A stretch of DNA of 64,000 nt from Candidatus Latescibacterota bacterium (GTDB lineage: Bacteria > Latescibacterota > UBA2968), in contig OZ242195.1 in assembly GCA_965205975.1 (NCBI GenBank), positions 1,280,001 to 1,344,000 on the forward strand, in the 5' to 3' direction. The notes beneath the pieces were generated by a model. That model saw nothing but the letters and a program-made list of their open reading frames with translations. It did no database searches and was not told where the DNA came from. The translations under genes were made by a program, and so were the position numbers. How positions within the stretch are numbered: the stretch's first letter is position 1; the number at the start of each line of letters is the position of its first letter. Shown here piece by piece: positions 19,231 to 28,935 of this stretch.

Positions 19231-20703
19231 TCATAATTGAATTGATTTTTTGAGTTCCCTGAGGGCAGTGCCTTCAGGGGATTTTTTGTAGTAGGTATCC
19301 AGCGGGAAGCAGCCCGATATCATACCATTTCGGGGAGCTGTGGTGCAGTCGCTGAAGGTTCGACAGAGTTTGCGTTTGGACGCTTCTCCTTTTTGGAGTA
19401 CATCTACGGGCAAGTCGGGATAGGATAGTACCATGCGCCCCAGACCGATAAAATCTACCTTGCCATCGCGCACGAGCGTTTGAGCAACATGGGGCAAAAA
19501 TTCCTGAAGATAGGAATAAGCCGTGCCGACGATGCGCAAATCGGAAAATTCTTTTTTGATTTGCGCCGTAATGTCAACTTGACGAGCAACGCCCACGAGT
19601 GGATCTTCGGGGGGTTGATAGCCATCAGATGGTGGGAAATAAGCGGGCCGCTGAATGTGGGGATTGTAGTAGGGACTACCTGCTGAGAGGTTGACAAGCA
19701 AAATGTCAAGTTCGCGCAGCAATTCGAGGAAGCGACAGGTTTCGGCGATATTTGCGGCTATAGGATCGTCTTCATCGATACCAAATCCGTATTTATAAGG
19801 CAGGTATTCGGAAAAATCTTCGGGAATGCCCGGTCCGAGTTTTTTGCCCTCGGATAGTTCGGGGTCGGGATAAAAAGGCACAAAGTCGAATGCGCTGAGG
19901 CGCACACCGATTTTGAGATCGGGACAATCGGCGCGAATGCCCGCGACGATTTCGCGAAGAAATCGGGTTCGGTTTTCAAATGAGCCGCCATAAGGTCCCG
20001 GTCGGGTAAAGGCACTCAAAAATTCGTGGCCGAGATAACCGTGGCAGTGTTTGACATCAACAAATTGATACCCGAGATCACACGCCATGCGTGCGGCGCT
20101 GTGATAGTCGTCAATCAGGCTTTTGATTTCGCCGTCGGACAGCACTGGGGCGTCTGAGTCAATGCCAAATTTACGGTCGAGGATCGGATGGCGATACACA
20201 ATGCGGGGTTCGAGTTTGATTTTGTCATTGGGTCTGCAAAAACGGCCTGAGTGGGTCAATTGAAGACCAATGAGAAGGTCATCGGTGTCGCCGATATGTG
20301 TGCGGTGTGCCGATATGAGTTCTTCGCGAAGTTTGCCCAGGCCTGCTTTGGTATGTTCGGCTGCAAAGAGTTGATTGGGATTTGCGCGTCCTTCAGGGCG
20401 CACGGCAACCGCTTCGCCGCCCCATATCAATTTTGCACCGCTCAGCCCAAAATTGTGCCATCGTCGAAGGGTATATTCCGAGGGATTGCCATCAATTTCG
20501 CCATCCCAGCCTTCCATGGGATGGATGCAGAAGCGATTGCCAATGCGAAAGCCCTGACACTCGCTTGTTTGGGCAAGTGGTGATGCCGGTGCCTTGAGAA
20601 TTTCGTCATCGCAGGGGAGGTCAATCCCCAGGCTATTGACATGTGCTTTGAATGATTCGACAGTTTTGTGATGTCCGATGCGCTGGTATTTTGCCAGAGG
20701 CAT
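19231..20703 (-). CDS. NADH:flavin oxidoreductase (old yellow enzyme family)
   Basis: [32 protein letters not shown] and C-terminal CRTFSDC. Confidence 0.88.
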   Translation of the reverse strand: MPLAKYQRIGHHKTVESFKAHVNSLGIDLPCDDEILKAPASPLAQTSECQGFRIGNRFCIHPMEGWDGEIDGNPSEYTLRRWHNFGLSGAKLIWGGEAVAVRPEGRANPNQLFAAEHTKAGLGKLREELISAHRTHIGDTDDLLIGLQLTHSGRFCRPNDKIKLEPRIVYRHPILDRKFGIDSDAPVLSDGEIKSLIDDYHSAARMACDLGYQFVDVKHCHGYLGHEFLSAFTRPGPYGGSFENRTRFLREIVAGIRADCPDLKIGVRLSAFDFVPFYPDPELSEGKKLGPGIPEDFSEYLPYKYGFGIDEDDPIAANIAETCRFLELLRELDILLVNLSAGSPYYNPHIQRPAYFPPSDGYQPPEDPLVGVARQVDITAQIKKEFSDLRIVGTAYSYLQEFLPHVAQTLVRDGKVDFIGLGRMVLSYPDLPVDVLQKGEASKRKLCRTFSDCTTAPRNGMISGCFPLDTYYKKSPEGTALRELKKSIQL

Positions 20704-20802
20704 TGGTGCTCCTTGGGCGAAATGGTTTGCATTAGATGGCGTAGAAAGTTATGAATATACCAAAGGATGTTTTGGGAAGCAATGTTTCTGAAAGGAGTCA
20801 TT

Positions 20803-21771
20803 ATGGCGGTGGAAGATTATGTGCAGATTGTGGTGCCCGGCGATGAGCCAGTACAGATTGCGGGATCACCCCATCTTGAACGATTGGCAAGTTACGGCGA
20901 TGTGACGCTTTACGATACGCAACCCGTGTCATTAAAAGAAAAGGTCGAACGGGTAAGGGACGCCGATGTGATTATGAACACACGCGGTGCTGTGACGTGG
21001 GGCGAGCAAGAGTTTAGCCAATTGCCAAAGTTGAAAATGATTACGACGTGTTCTATTGGCACAGATATGTTCGATCTGGCGGCTGCAAAAAAACGCGGAA
21101 TTGTGATATGCAACCAGCCGGGCAGAACAGCGCCGGTTGTGGCAGAGCACATGTTTGGGCTTATGTTTGCGGTTGCAAAACGCGCTGCATATTTGACCGC
21201 AGAGATGAAAAAGGGAGGCTGGCCCAGGCGGGACAATGTGATGCTCCAGGGCAAGACCCTGGGGATTATAGGTGCGGGCAATATCGGTGCGGAGATGGCG
21301 CGACTTGCCCGAGCGATCGGGATGGAGGTGATTGCGTGGACATTTCATCCGTCATCTGAACGCGCGGAAAAACTCGGCGTGCGATTTGTCGAGTTAGACG
21401 CGCTACTCGAGAATTCTGACGTAGTTAGTTTGCACGTGGCGTTGACAGATGATACCAGGGGAATGATCGGCGAGGCCGAGTTTGAAAAGATGAAACCGGG
21501 TGCGCTATTGCTGAATGGAGCGCGCGGCGCAGTGGTTGATACAGACGCGCTTGTCAATGCGCTAAATAGCGGGCATATAAGCGGAGCGGGTATCGATGTG
21601 TACGAGGAAGAACCGACACCGCCCGATTATCCCCTTTTTGCGTGTGAACAGGTGGTGCTTACGCCGCATTGTGCCGATATGACGCCCGAAGGTGTCGATC
21701 TGCTCAATAGCGGCGCAGTGGAGAATGTGATCGCATTTTTAGAGGGGCGGACGCAAAATGCGGTGACGTAG
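20803..21771 (+). CDS. D-isomer-specific 2-hydroxyacid dehydrogenase
   Basis: GIIGAGNIG, SLHV, NGARG, DVYEEEP and LTPH motifs. Confidence 0.9.
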   Translation: MAVEDYVQIVVPGDEPVQIAGSPHLERLASYGDVTLYDTQPVSLKEKVERVRDADVIMNTRGAVTWGEQEFSQLPKLKMITTCSIGTDMFDLAAAKKRGIVICNQPGRTAPVVAEHMFGLMFAVAKRAAYLTAEMKKGGWPRRDNVMLQGKTLGIIGAGNIGAEMARLARAIGMEVIAWTFHPSSERAEKLGVRFVELDALLENSDVVSLHVALTDDTRGMIGEAEFEKMKPGALLLNGARGAVVDTDALVNALNSGHISGAGIDVYEEEPTPPDYPLFACEQVVLTPHCADMTPEGVDLLNSGAVENVIAFLEGRTQNAVT

Positions 21772-21773
21772 TT

Positions 21774-22859
21774 TTACTTAGTTTCGATATACCCCTCTCG
21801 GGTCAAGAGTTCGGCCATCAGGACAGCACCCCCTGCTGCACCGCGTACAGTATTGTGACTGAGGGCGATGAATTTGTAATCGAAGAGATTGTCTTTGCGC
21901 AAACGGCCGAGTGTAATGCCCATGCCATTTTCAGCATCGCGGTCTAAGCGCGTCTGTGGGCGGTCATCGCCTTCGATGTACGCGAGAAATGTTTTGGGTG
22001 AGGAGGGCAGCCCCGCGGCTCTGAGGTCGCCTTCAAAGTCTTGCCAGCGCGCGAGGATGTTTTCTATCGTGGGTTTTTTATCAAAGGATACTGATACGGC
22101 AGCCATGTGGCCATCTGTGACGGGAACTCGAACGCATTGGGCTGAAATGATCGGGCTGCGCCTGGGCACAATTTCATCTTTGACGATTTTGCCCCAGATT
22201 TTGTGGGGTTCGTTTTCGCTTTTATCTTCTTCTCCGCCGATATAGGGGATGACGTTATCTGTCATTTCTGGCCATGTTTCAAAGGTTTCACCTGCACCGG
22301 AAATGGCCTGATAAGTGCATATAGAGGCACTCGAAGGCCCAAACTCTGACAATGCGTGAAAAGCCGGTACATAAGGCTGGATGGAGCAATTGGGTTTTAC
22401 GGCAATAAAACCGTGTTGGACACCCAGGCGTTTGCGCTGCTCCGGAATAATTTCTGCGTGCTCTGGATTGATTTCTGGCATAAGAATAGGCACATCGGGG
22501 GTCCAGCGGTGCGCCGAATTATTGGAAATGACCGGAGTTTCAGCTTTTGCATAGGCTTCTTCGAGTTTGAAAATCTCCTCTTTTTCCATGTCGAGCGCAC
22601 AACAGACGAAATCGACTTGTGATGCGATGGTATCAATCTCACCCGCGTCCTGCACGATGAGGTCGGATACTGTTTCGGGAATGGGTAGATCGCATTGCGT
22701 CCATCGGCCTTTTACGGCTTCTCCATAGGTTTTGCCAGCAGAGCGCGGGCTGGCGGCAACGGCGGCGATTTCAAAATAGGGATGATCGGTGAGCAATGTG
22801 ACAAAACGCTGTCCGACCATGCCAGTTGCGCCGAGAACTCCTACTTTGAGTCTGGACAT
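21774..22859 (-). CDS. asd: Aspartate-semialdehyde dehydrogenase
   Basis: GATGMVGQ, SNNSAHR, KPNCS, QAISGAG and HNTVRGAAGG motifs. Confidence 0.96.
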   Translation of the reverse strand: MSRLKVGVLGATGMVGQRFVTLLTDHPYFEIAAVAASPRSAGKTYGEAVKGRWTQCDLPIPETVSDLIVQDAGEIDTIASQVDFVCCALDMEKEEIFKLEEAYAKAETPVISNNSAHRWTPDVPILMPEINPEHAEIIPEQRKRLGVQHGFIAVKPNCSIQPYVPAFHALSEFGPSSASICTYQAISGAGETFETWPEMTDNVIPYIGGEEDKSENEPHKIWGKIVKDEIVPRRSPIISAQCVRVPVTDGHMAAVSVSFDKKPTIENILARWQDFEGDLRAAGLPSSPKTFLAYIEGDDRPQTRLDRDAENGMGITLGRLRKDNLFDYKFIALSHNTVRGAAGGAVLMAELLTREGYIETK

Positions 22860-22888
22860 CGATTTTTCCTTTCTGCGGATCTAAAAAT

Positions 22889-22928
22889 AAAAAAACAGTC
22901 GGTTGCCAGAGTAGAAGCACGCCGACTG
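22889..22928 (-). terminator. Intrinsic terminator of the lysine riboswitch expression platform
   Basis: Minus strand CAGTCGG...CCGACTG followed by 7 T, between the aptamer and asd. Confidence 0.75.
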
Positions 22929-22948
22929 CATATAGCAGAGACTGCTCA

Positions 22949-23123
22949 CAAGAGAGTGCTCCACGGGATCGTTTCCCGTGACAGTTCAGCAGATGTTATC
23001 TGCTGCCCCAGCTAAATGCCCTGCGGAGAGACATTTGGCTTCGGCACCCCGACCCTTTCATCTGGCCTATAGATCCGCTTTCGTGTGCCAGATTACTGAT
23101 GACGGGACGCGCCTCTACTCTTG
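22949..23123 (-). ncRNA. Lysine riboswitch (L-box) upstream of asd
   Basis: Minus strand has, in order, AGAGGCGC, ATCAGTA, TGAAAGG, GCCGAA, GCTGGG, ACTGTC and GGAGCACT, with closing P1 CAAGAG/CTCTTG. Confidence 0.9.
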
Positions 23124-23187
23124 GTGAGGAGAAATCTCACATATTCTATATTTTTTGTCAACTCGAAAATGGAATATGTCGCTGATA

Positions 23188-23216
23188 TTGACACACAGGG
23201 AATCGCCGATTATCAT
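23188..23216 (+). promoter_or_regulatory. Putative sigma-70 promoter of the sulfatase-glaH unit
   Basis: TTGACA-N17-TATCAT. Confidence 0.55.
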
Positions 23217-23263
23217 AATATGGTACAGTTAGACCAGTCCATGCATCACACAAGGAGAATTTT

Positions 23264-24670
23264 ATGAATATGGTGGTGATTTGTTGCGATACGTTTCGCG
23301 CAGATATTGTTGGAGCAGGGAAAAAATTGAGCCATGTAAAAACCCCTCATTTGGATCAATTGGCTTCTGATGGCTTGACTTTTAATCGCTGTTTTGCAGA
23401 GGGCTTGCCAACAATTCCTTTTCGGCGGTGTGTGTTTACGGGTATCCCGTCTTTTCCCTGGCGGTTCGATACGCCAAATGAAGGATTGCAGCCAGCAGGC
23501 TCTGGCTGGCATCCTATTCCGCCAGATCAGGATACGCTTGCGGAACGCCTGCACGATGCGGGTTTTGTTACGGGCCTGGTCGCGGATACCTATCACATGT
23601 TTAAGCCGACGCAGAATTTCACGCGGGGTTTTTTGTCGTGGCGCTTTGTTCGCGGGCAGGAACAAGATGGATATCGCACGGGACCGCTGTCGCGCATCGA
23701 TCTGGCAGCGCATGTACGGGATGGGGATGCAGATCCCAGAAAACATGCGGTGATGGTCCAGTATTTGCTCAATATGCTGGATCGGCAGGAGGGCGAAGAG
23801 AATTATCTCGCTGCTCAAGTGTTCCGAGAAGCATCGCAGTGGGTGGAGGACAATAGGGGCAACAAACCATTTTTCCTGTGGATTGACAGCTTTAGCCCAC
23901 ATGAGTTATGGGATCCGCCCAGGCAGTATGCCGATGCTTATTTTTCAGATCCCTCGGTGAAGGATTATATCCATCATAGCGTCTTGCCCCTTGGCGATGC
24001 GACAGATGCGGAAATCGAGCGAACAAAGGCATTGTATATGGGCTATGTCACATTTGTGGATCGCTGGATTGGGCATTTGCTGGAAACGATTGACCGACTG
24101 AACCTGAGGGATGATACGGTGGTGATGTTTGTATCCGATCACGGTACGCAATTGATGGATAGGGGACGGTTTGGCAAGGGCGGTAACGCGCTATTTCCCT
24201 TTAATACGCAGATCAATTGGATCGTTCGCCATCCGGATGGGCCGCGCGGGCAGCAGTCGGATATCTGGACGCAGAATCAAGATATTACGCCGACGATTCT
24301 CAATATGCTGGGCGTTGAGTACGAAGAGATGAATGGAGCAGATGCATGGGCAAGTGCAACGGGTGGGGGTGAACCGGCTCGGGATTATATCACAACGGGA
24401 TGGGCAACGAACTTTAATGTGCGGGATGATCGCTACAGCGTACACATGGATGTGGGGACAAGGTCACCTGAGGCCACGGTTTACGATCTGAGTGTGGATG
24501 CCGATGAAAAAAATCCCCTGAGTGACCCGCCCTCCGAAGTTGTGGAACAGGCATTGGAACGGGCGCGTACTGTGATTGGCGATTTTCCCGATGTTTTTAG
24601 TGCGTATAAACAGAGACATCCGGCGAGGGCAATGCGGACGTTTATGAACAAGTATAATCTTGGAACATGA
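23264..24670 (+). CDS. Sulfatase-like hydrolase (alkaline phosphatase superfamily) with Thr at the nucleophile position
   Basis: DTFRAD, PTIPFRR, DSFSPHE, VDRWIG and SDHG motifs. Confidence 0.85.
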   Translation: MNMVVICCDTFRADIVGAGKKLSHVKTPHLDQLASDGLTFNRCFAEGLPTIPFRRCVFTGIPSFPWRFDTPNEGLQPAGSGWHPIPPDQDTLAERLHDAGFVTGLVADTYHMFKPTQNFTRGFLSWRFVRGQEQDGYRTGPLSRIDLAAHVRDGDADPRKHAVMVQYLLNMLDRQEGEENYLAAQVFREASQWVEDNRGNKPFFLWIDSFSPHELWDPPRQYADAYFSDPSVKDYIHHSVLPLGDATDAEIERTKALYMGYVTFVDRWIGHLLETIDRLNLRDDTVVMFVSDHGTQLMDRGRFGKGGNALFPFNTQINWIVRHPDGPRGQQSDIWTQNQDITPTILNMLGVEYEEMNGADAWASATGGGEPARDYITTGWATNFNVRDDRYSVHMDVGTRSPEATVYDLSVDADEKNPLSDPPSEVVEQALERARTVIGDFPDVFSAYKQRHPARAMRTFMNKYNLGT

Positions 24671-25595
24671 GGGGCTGGTTTTGAACTACACAGTTGAACA
24701 ACATCCCGACCATCAACGTTTGTATCACATCACAATTGATGCCGATGCCGCAGGGGCATTTGTGCGCGAAGTGGCAGATCTTTCGGAACAGCGATTGACT
24801 TATGTGCCATATTTGAGAATGATCGCCGCCGATTGTCTTCAAAATATCGTCGGTGGCGATTTTTTCGAGCATATCAACGCAATGGTTAGAGACCGCGCAA
24901 CGGGGGGGTTTACCGTTGCGGCTGAAGGTGGGTTGGAGACGATGGATCAGCGCGTTGCTTTTGGGACGGCTGTTTCGCATGCGATCGGGATTCCCAACTT
25001 TGACGATATGACGGAGAATTATTACGCATGTTTTGAGGTAAAGGATACGGATAGTAGCGATTCGTATTTACGGCAGGCATATCGTCTGTTCACGCTCCAT
25101 ACCGATGGGACGTATGTCCGCGAACGCACCGACTGGATTTTGATGATGAAGATGGAGGAGCACGATGCGGTGGGGGGAGAGTCGCGGCTGTTGCATCTGG
25201 ATGATTGGGAGGCATTAGAGCGATTTGCCAGCCATCCGCTGGCCTCTTTGCCTCTGGTCTATCAGTCGCCGCCGAGTAAGAATTATCCCGTTACGATTGA
25301 AAAAACGACGTTCTACGAACGAGACGGCAAAGCGTGTGTGTGTTTTATCGATCAGTTTGTCTATCCCGAGACTATTGAGCAGGGTCGATATCTGCGCGAT
25401 CTGTCCGATTCTATGGAAGCATCGCAGGGGGTGGTCTCGCTGCCCTTGCCACCCGATCATCTCTTAGTGCTCAACAACCATTTCTGGCTGCACGGACGCG
25501 AGGCATTTGAGAAAAATCCCAATCTCTATCGTTTGTTGATGCGTCAGAGGGGATATTTCAGGAAGAAAAATGGAGGTGAAATGAATAATGCCTAA
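24660..25595 (+). CDS. glaH: Glutarate dioxygenase GlaH (CsiD)-like Fe/2OG enzyme
   Basis: DSSDSYLRQ, LHTDGTYV, GGESRLLHLDDW, FIDQF, NNHFWLHGR and LMRQRGYF match the CsiD pattern. Confidence 0.85.
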   Translation: MEHEGLVLNYTVEQHPDHQRLYHITIDADAAGAFVREVADLSEQRLTYVPYLRMIAADCLQNIVGGDFFEHINAMVRDRATGGFTVAAEGGLETMDQRVAFGTAVSHAIGIPNFDDMTENYYACFEVKDTDSSDSYLRQAYRLFTLHTDGTYVRERTDWILMMKMEEHDAVGGESRLLHLDDWEALERFASHPLASLPLVYQSPPSKNYPVTIEKTTFYERDGKACVCFIDQFVYPETIEQGRYLRDLSDSMEASQGVVSLPLPPDHLLVLNNHFWLHGREAFEKNPNLYRLLMRQRGYFRKKNGGEMNNA

Positions 25596-26487
25596 AATCA
25601 ATGATTTAGACTTAAAAAATTGGAAGGAATACGGCGATATTCTCACCGATAGCCTGTGGTCAATTGATGAGCGCGACAGATCGGGTGCTCACAACAATGC
25701 TTATCATGGCAATTTTATTCCACAAATTCCTAATCAGATGATGAGGCGGTTTACGCAAAAGGGCGATGTGGTCTTGGATGCCTTTTTGGGGCATGGCACG
25801 ACACTCATTGAATCGAAGCGATTAGGACGACATGGTATAGGCGTTGAGTTGGTACCAGAAGTGGCAGAAATTGCCATGCAAAACTTGAGCCAGGAAGAAT
25901 TACCATTTGGTAGAACTGAAGCACTAAACAGCGAAAATGTTTTGACGGAGGTTATTGTTGCTGATAGTACAACTCAATATGCGCGTACCAAAGTTTTGGA
26001 AGTACTAAAAAAAATAGGGAAGAAAAACATCGACTTGATTTTACTACATCCCCCATATCACGACATTATCCATTTTAGTGACAAAAAAGAGGATTTATGT
26101 AATGCATCAACGGTTGAAGAATTTTCCACAAAATTCGGCGATGTAATTGAAAATTTTTCCGATTTATTAGACCAGGATAGATACATGGCAGTTGTTATCG
26201 GCGACAAATACACAAATAGCGAGTGGGTACCGCTCGGTTTTTATCTCATGCAAGAAACACTGAAGCGCGGGAAGAGCTTACAGCTAAAAAGCATTGTGGT
26301 GAAAAATATGGTGAATAATCGGGCGAAACAAAATCAAGAAAATCTGTGGCGTTATCGCGCGCTCGTTGGAGGGTTCTACATTTTCAAACACGAGTATATT
26401 TTTGCTTTTAAAAAAGTATCAAGCAAGACAACGAAAGTCAGCACCCAGAATGCAATTGAGGTCTATACGGTCAAGTCCTATATTTAG
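25588..26487 (+). CDS. DNA amino-methyltransferase (N4-C/N6-A); 3' end overlaps the IS256 terminus
   Basis: YHGNFIPQIP, VLDAFLGHGTT SAM motif, catalytic HPPY and KHEYI; AT-rich. Confidence 0.85.
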   Translation: MPKINDLDLKNWKEYGDILTDSLWSIDERDRSGAHNNAYHGNFIPQIPNQMMRRFTQKGDVVLDAFLGHGTTLIESKRLGRHGIGVELVPEVAEIAMQNLSQEELPFGRTEALNSENVLTEVIVADSTTQYARTKVLEVLKKIGKKNIDLILLHPPYHDIIHFSDKKEDLCNASTVEEFSTKFGDVIENFSDLLDQDRYMAVVIGDKYTNSEWVPLGFYLMQETLKRGKSLQLKSIVVKNMVNNRAKQNQENLWRYRALVGGFYIFKHEYIFAFKKVSSKTTKVSTQNAIEVYTVKSYI

Positions 26488-27902
26488 TTGAAATAATTGA
26501 GGCCGGTGTTTTCAATCCGCAGCAATTGCGTCTTGCCAGTCTGTATCGAGTTTCAAGTGCTTGTGCAGTGCGCGCCTGAGCCTGGGTAGGCTTTTGTAGC
26601 CTTTGACCCTTCGCAATCGGGGTTCAATGTCCAGCAGAGCGGTGGCTAACCATCTCCTGCGTTGATTCGAGTTTGTCCATCTCTTCACATTTCGTGTGAT
26701 TTGTGCGACCATTGAGTTTATGGACTCAATGCAGTTTGTCGTACGAAAGGACTGCTTCAAGTGCGGCATCAGTCCGAGGCGATGCAAGGAAAGGGTTTCT
26801 TCTATTCCTTCTTCAAGGCTGGAGAGCGCGTCTTCGTTGATCAAGGCCAATTCCGCTTTGAGGGATAAGAGTGCCATTTTAGCATCTTTGTAGGTGGGCT
26901 GGTCGTAGGCATTTTGTAGGGCCTTTTTGATCTGATCCTGTTTATTTTTAGGCAGATAGGAAAGCACGTTCTCTCTCTTGTGCCACTGACAACGTTGGAT
27001 GACCACGTAACCGTCCAATGCCTTTGTAAGGGCAGCATACAAGCCTTTTGAGCCGTCAATAAGACACAGCAGGCCCTTGTGATAGACCAAGCCACGATTG
27101 ATGAGAGACTGTATAAACTGCCGACAGACGCGTTCGTTCTCAGTGGCAGCCTGGACAAAGCCTATTGGGATTTTGTGCCCTTCTATCGTCACGCCCAGAG
27201 CAATGATCATCTCTTGGTCTGCAAAGGTCTTGCCATCTATAAAGAGGGCAACCAAGTCATACTGCGATAGAGAGCGTTCACGGAACTGCTTCAGCTTTTG
27301 TGCCGACGCCTTGATAAAACGTCTCGATACCGTTGATGAGGACAGCCCAAAGGCTTTCGGGATCGCCTCAGCGCAGGCTTGATAAGACCGAGTCGCAATG
27401 CCTTTGATCACGCGAAGGAGCAGCCCTTCATCCATACGTCTGGGAACTTGGAGGTGATGATAGGTCTCAAGGCAGACTTCCTCATCCCTCTCCACATTAC
27501 GTACCCTCGGTACAGAGATCGGCACTTTTTGATCGGCCAGATACACAGACCCTTGTTGACTGCCCCACCGACGATTGGGGTTTTCGGTGTCTTTGCGACT
27601 GTATCTGTCCCCGGCCAAGCGGCTCACTTCCTCCTGCAATTCTTCTGCCACGGCGTCTAATCCTAATGGGATCAAGGCCTGGATCAGCGCGATGCGGGTA
27701 TCCAGTGCGCCCAGTTCCTCTTCAACGGGTGTATCAAACGTTGCATCGCCTTTGTGGATTGCCTTGACTTTGGGGGCTTTGTGCGATACTTTTTTCATCA
27801 CGGGCTCCTTTGGTTGTGGACACAGCGTTTTCACGGTTTGAATCTGCTGTCTCCAATTTACATTGGAGCCTCTACTATTTCAACTAATATAAGGACAACA
27901 CC
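26469..27902 (-). mobile_element. IS256-family insertion sequence
   Basis: 35-bp imperfect terminal inverted repeats (26469-26503 and 27868-27902, 26/35 matching by hand count) around a transposase; no target-site duplication seen. Confidence 0.88.
26512..27798 (-). CDS. IS256-family (Mutator-type) DDE transposase
   Basis: FIDG, LIDGSKGL, QRCQWHKREN and RTTNCIESIN motifs. Confidence 0.92.
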   Translation of the reverse strand: MKKVSHKAPKVKAIHKGDATFDTPVEEELGALDTRIALIQALIPLGLDAVAEELQEEVSRLAGDRYSRKDTENPNRRWGSQQGSVYLADQKVPISVPRVRNVERDEEVCLETYHHLQVPRRMDEGLLLRVIKGIATRSYQACAEAIPKAFGLSSSTVSRRFIKASAQKLKQFRERSLSQYDLVALFIDGKTFADQEMIIALGVTIEGHKIPIGFVQAATENERVCRQFIQSLINRGLVYHKGLLCLIDGSKGLYAALTKALDGYVVIQRCQWHKRENVLSYLPKNKQDQIKKALQNAYDQPTYKDAKMALLSLKAELALINEDALSSLEEGIEETLSLHRLGLMPHLKQSFRTTNCIESINSMVAQITRNVKRWTNSNQRRRWLATALLDIEPRLRRVKGYKSLPRLRRALHKHLKLDTDWQDAIAAD

Positions 27903-27926
27903 GAAATTGGTATATCTCTTGGGGTT

Positions 27927-28652
27927 ATGGCAGAAAAACATCTCAAAGAAGTAGCAGAAGAAGAGGCTTTATTTTGGGGGAAGAGTCTAAAAAGGGAGAC
28001 ATCTGAGGGGTATTTGAATTTTCTTAAAAGTCTCAAGAGTTCAGAGGATATGTATTTGTTTGGCCCTAAAAAAGCAAGACAAAGGGAGTATATAAAGACT
28101 TTAGAAAAAATAATAAAAAACCGTAATGATGGAGTTCATGATCCATTTGAGGTAGATGAGACTCTTGCAGGAATGAAAGAGTTAATAGATGTATTTGAAG
28201 AAATAGTAACGGGTATAGAACCTGATATTGGTTACTTGTATGAGGAGTTTAGTGACTATACTCAGAGGCATTATGCCCATGGTAAGGAATATGACATTGA
28301 AGCGGGGTTTCCAGATATTGAAGATTTTATCAATAGATACTCTCCGGATTTCTTCAAAAAATTATCCAATGCGGTAGGAGAAGGGGAACAAGTAAGTTTG
28401 GCACATGAATTTTTAGATTCATTGTCTTACAGGTTAAAAGGTCAATTGCAATTTATTATAGAAGAAGAAGTATTTTATGACGATTATTTTCGTGATGATG
28501 GCGACCCAAATATGAGGCGTGTTTTTATGAGCAGGGGGGTCGGTGGTGGAAAAGATCGATTAGTCGAGAGGTTTCCGGTACCTTCCGATAAAAGGAAAGC
28601 AAGGAACAAGAGAAAAAGAATGAGGAAGAAAAGAAAAAAGAGAGGTAAATGA
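27927..28652 (+). CDS. Hypothetical protein with an acidic body and a highly basic C-terminal tail
   Basis: 241-aa AT-rich ORF ending KRKARNKRKRMRKKRKKRGK. Confidence 0.65.
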   Translation: MAEKHLKEVAEEEALFWGKSLKRETSEGYLNFLKSLKSSEDMYLFGPKKARQREYIKTLEKIIKNRNDGVHDPFEVDETLAGMKELIDVFEEIVTGIEPDIGYLYEEFSDYTQRHYAHGKEYDIEAGFPDIEDFINRYSPDFFKKLSNAVGEGEQVSLAHEFLDSLSYRLKGQLQFIIEEEVFYDDYFRDDGDPNMRRVFMSRGVGGGKDRLVERFPVPSDKRKARNKRKRMRKKRKKRGK

Positions 28653-28668
28653 AAAGGGAATTATATAA

Positions 28669-28743
28669 CGGCGCAAGAAATTCTGCGATGGCTGCGGTAC
28701 TGTTCATATAGAGCGTAATCCATTGACCGGAAAGGAGTCTGGA
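28669..28743 (-). pseudogene. Short paralogous fragment of the 29625-32159 gene
   Basis: SRLLSGQWITLYMNSTAAIAEFLAP versus SRLFPGQRITLYMNSTAAISEFLAP encoded at about 30577-30651. Confidence 0.75.
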
Positions 28744-28830
28744 GGTGGTGATCAGCCGCGGTATTTCCAATAAAGCCGCGTGGAACCGCTGAGAAATTTG
28801 CATTTGGATTTGTCGTCTCATATCCACAGT

Positions 28831-28866
28831 AAAAGCCCGACTTGATTAGAACAGGTCGGGCTTTTT
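28831..28866. terminator. Bidirectional terminator
   Basis: AAAAGCCCGAC...GTCGGGCTTTTT between convergent units. Confidence 0.75.
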
Positions 28867-28935
28867 GTTTCTGACGCAAGATTGGGAAATCGCGTCACGT
28901 ATCCAATGCTTGCTCAAATGCCTCGATAAATGATG

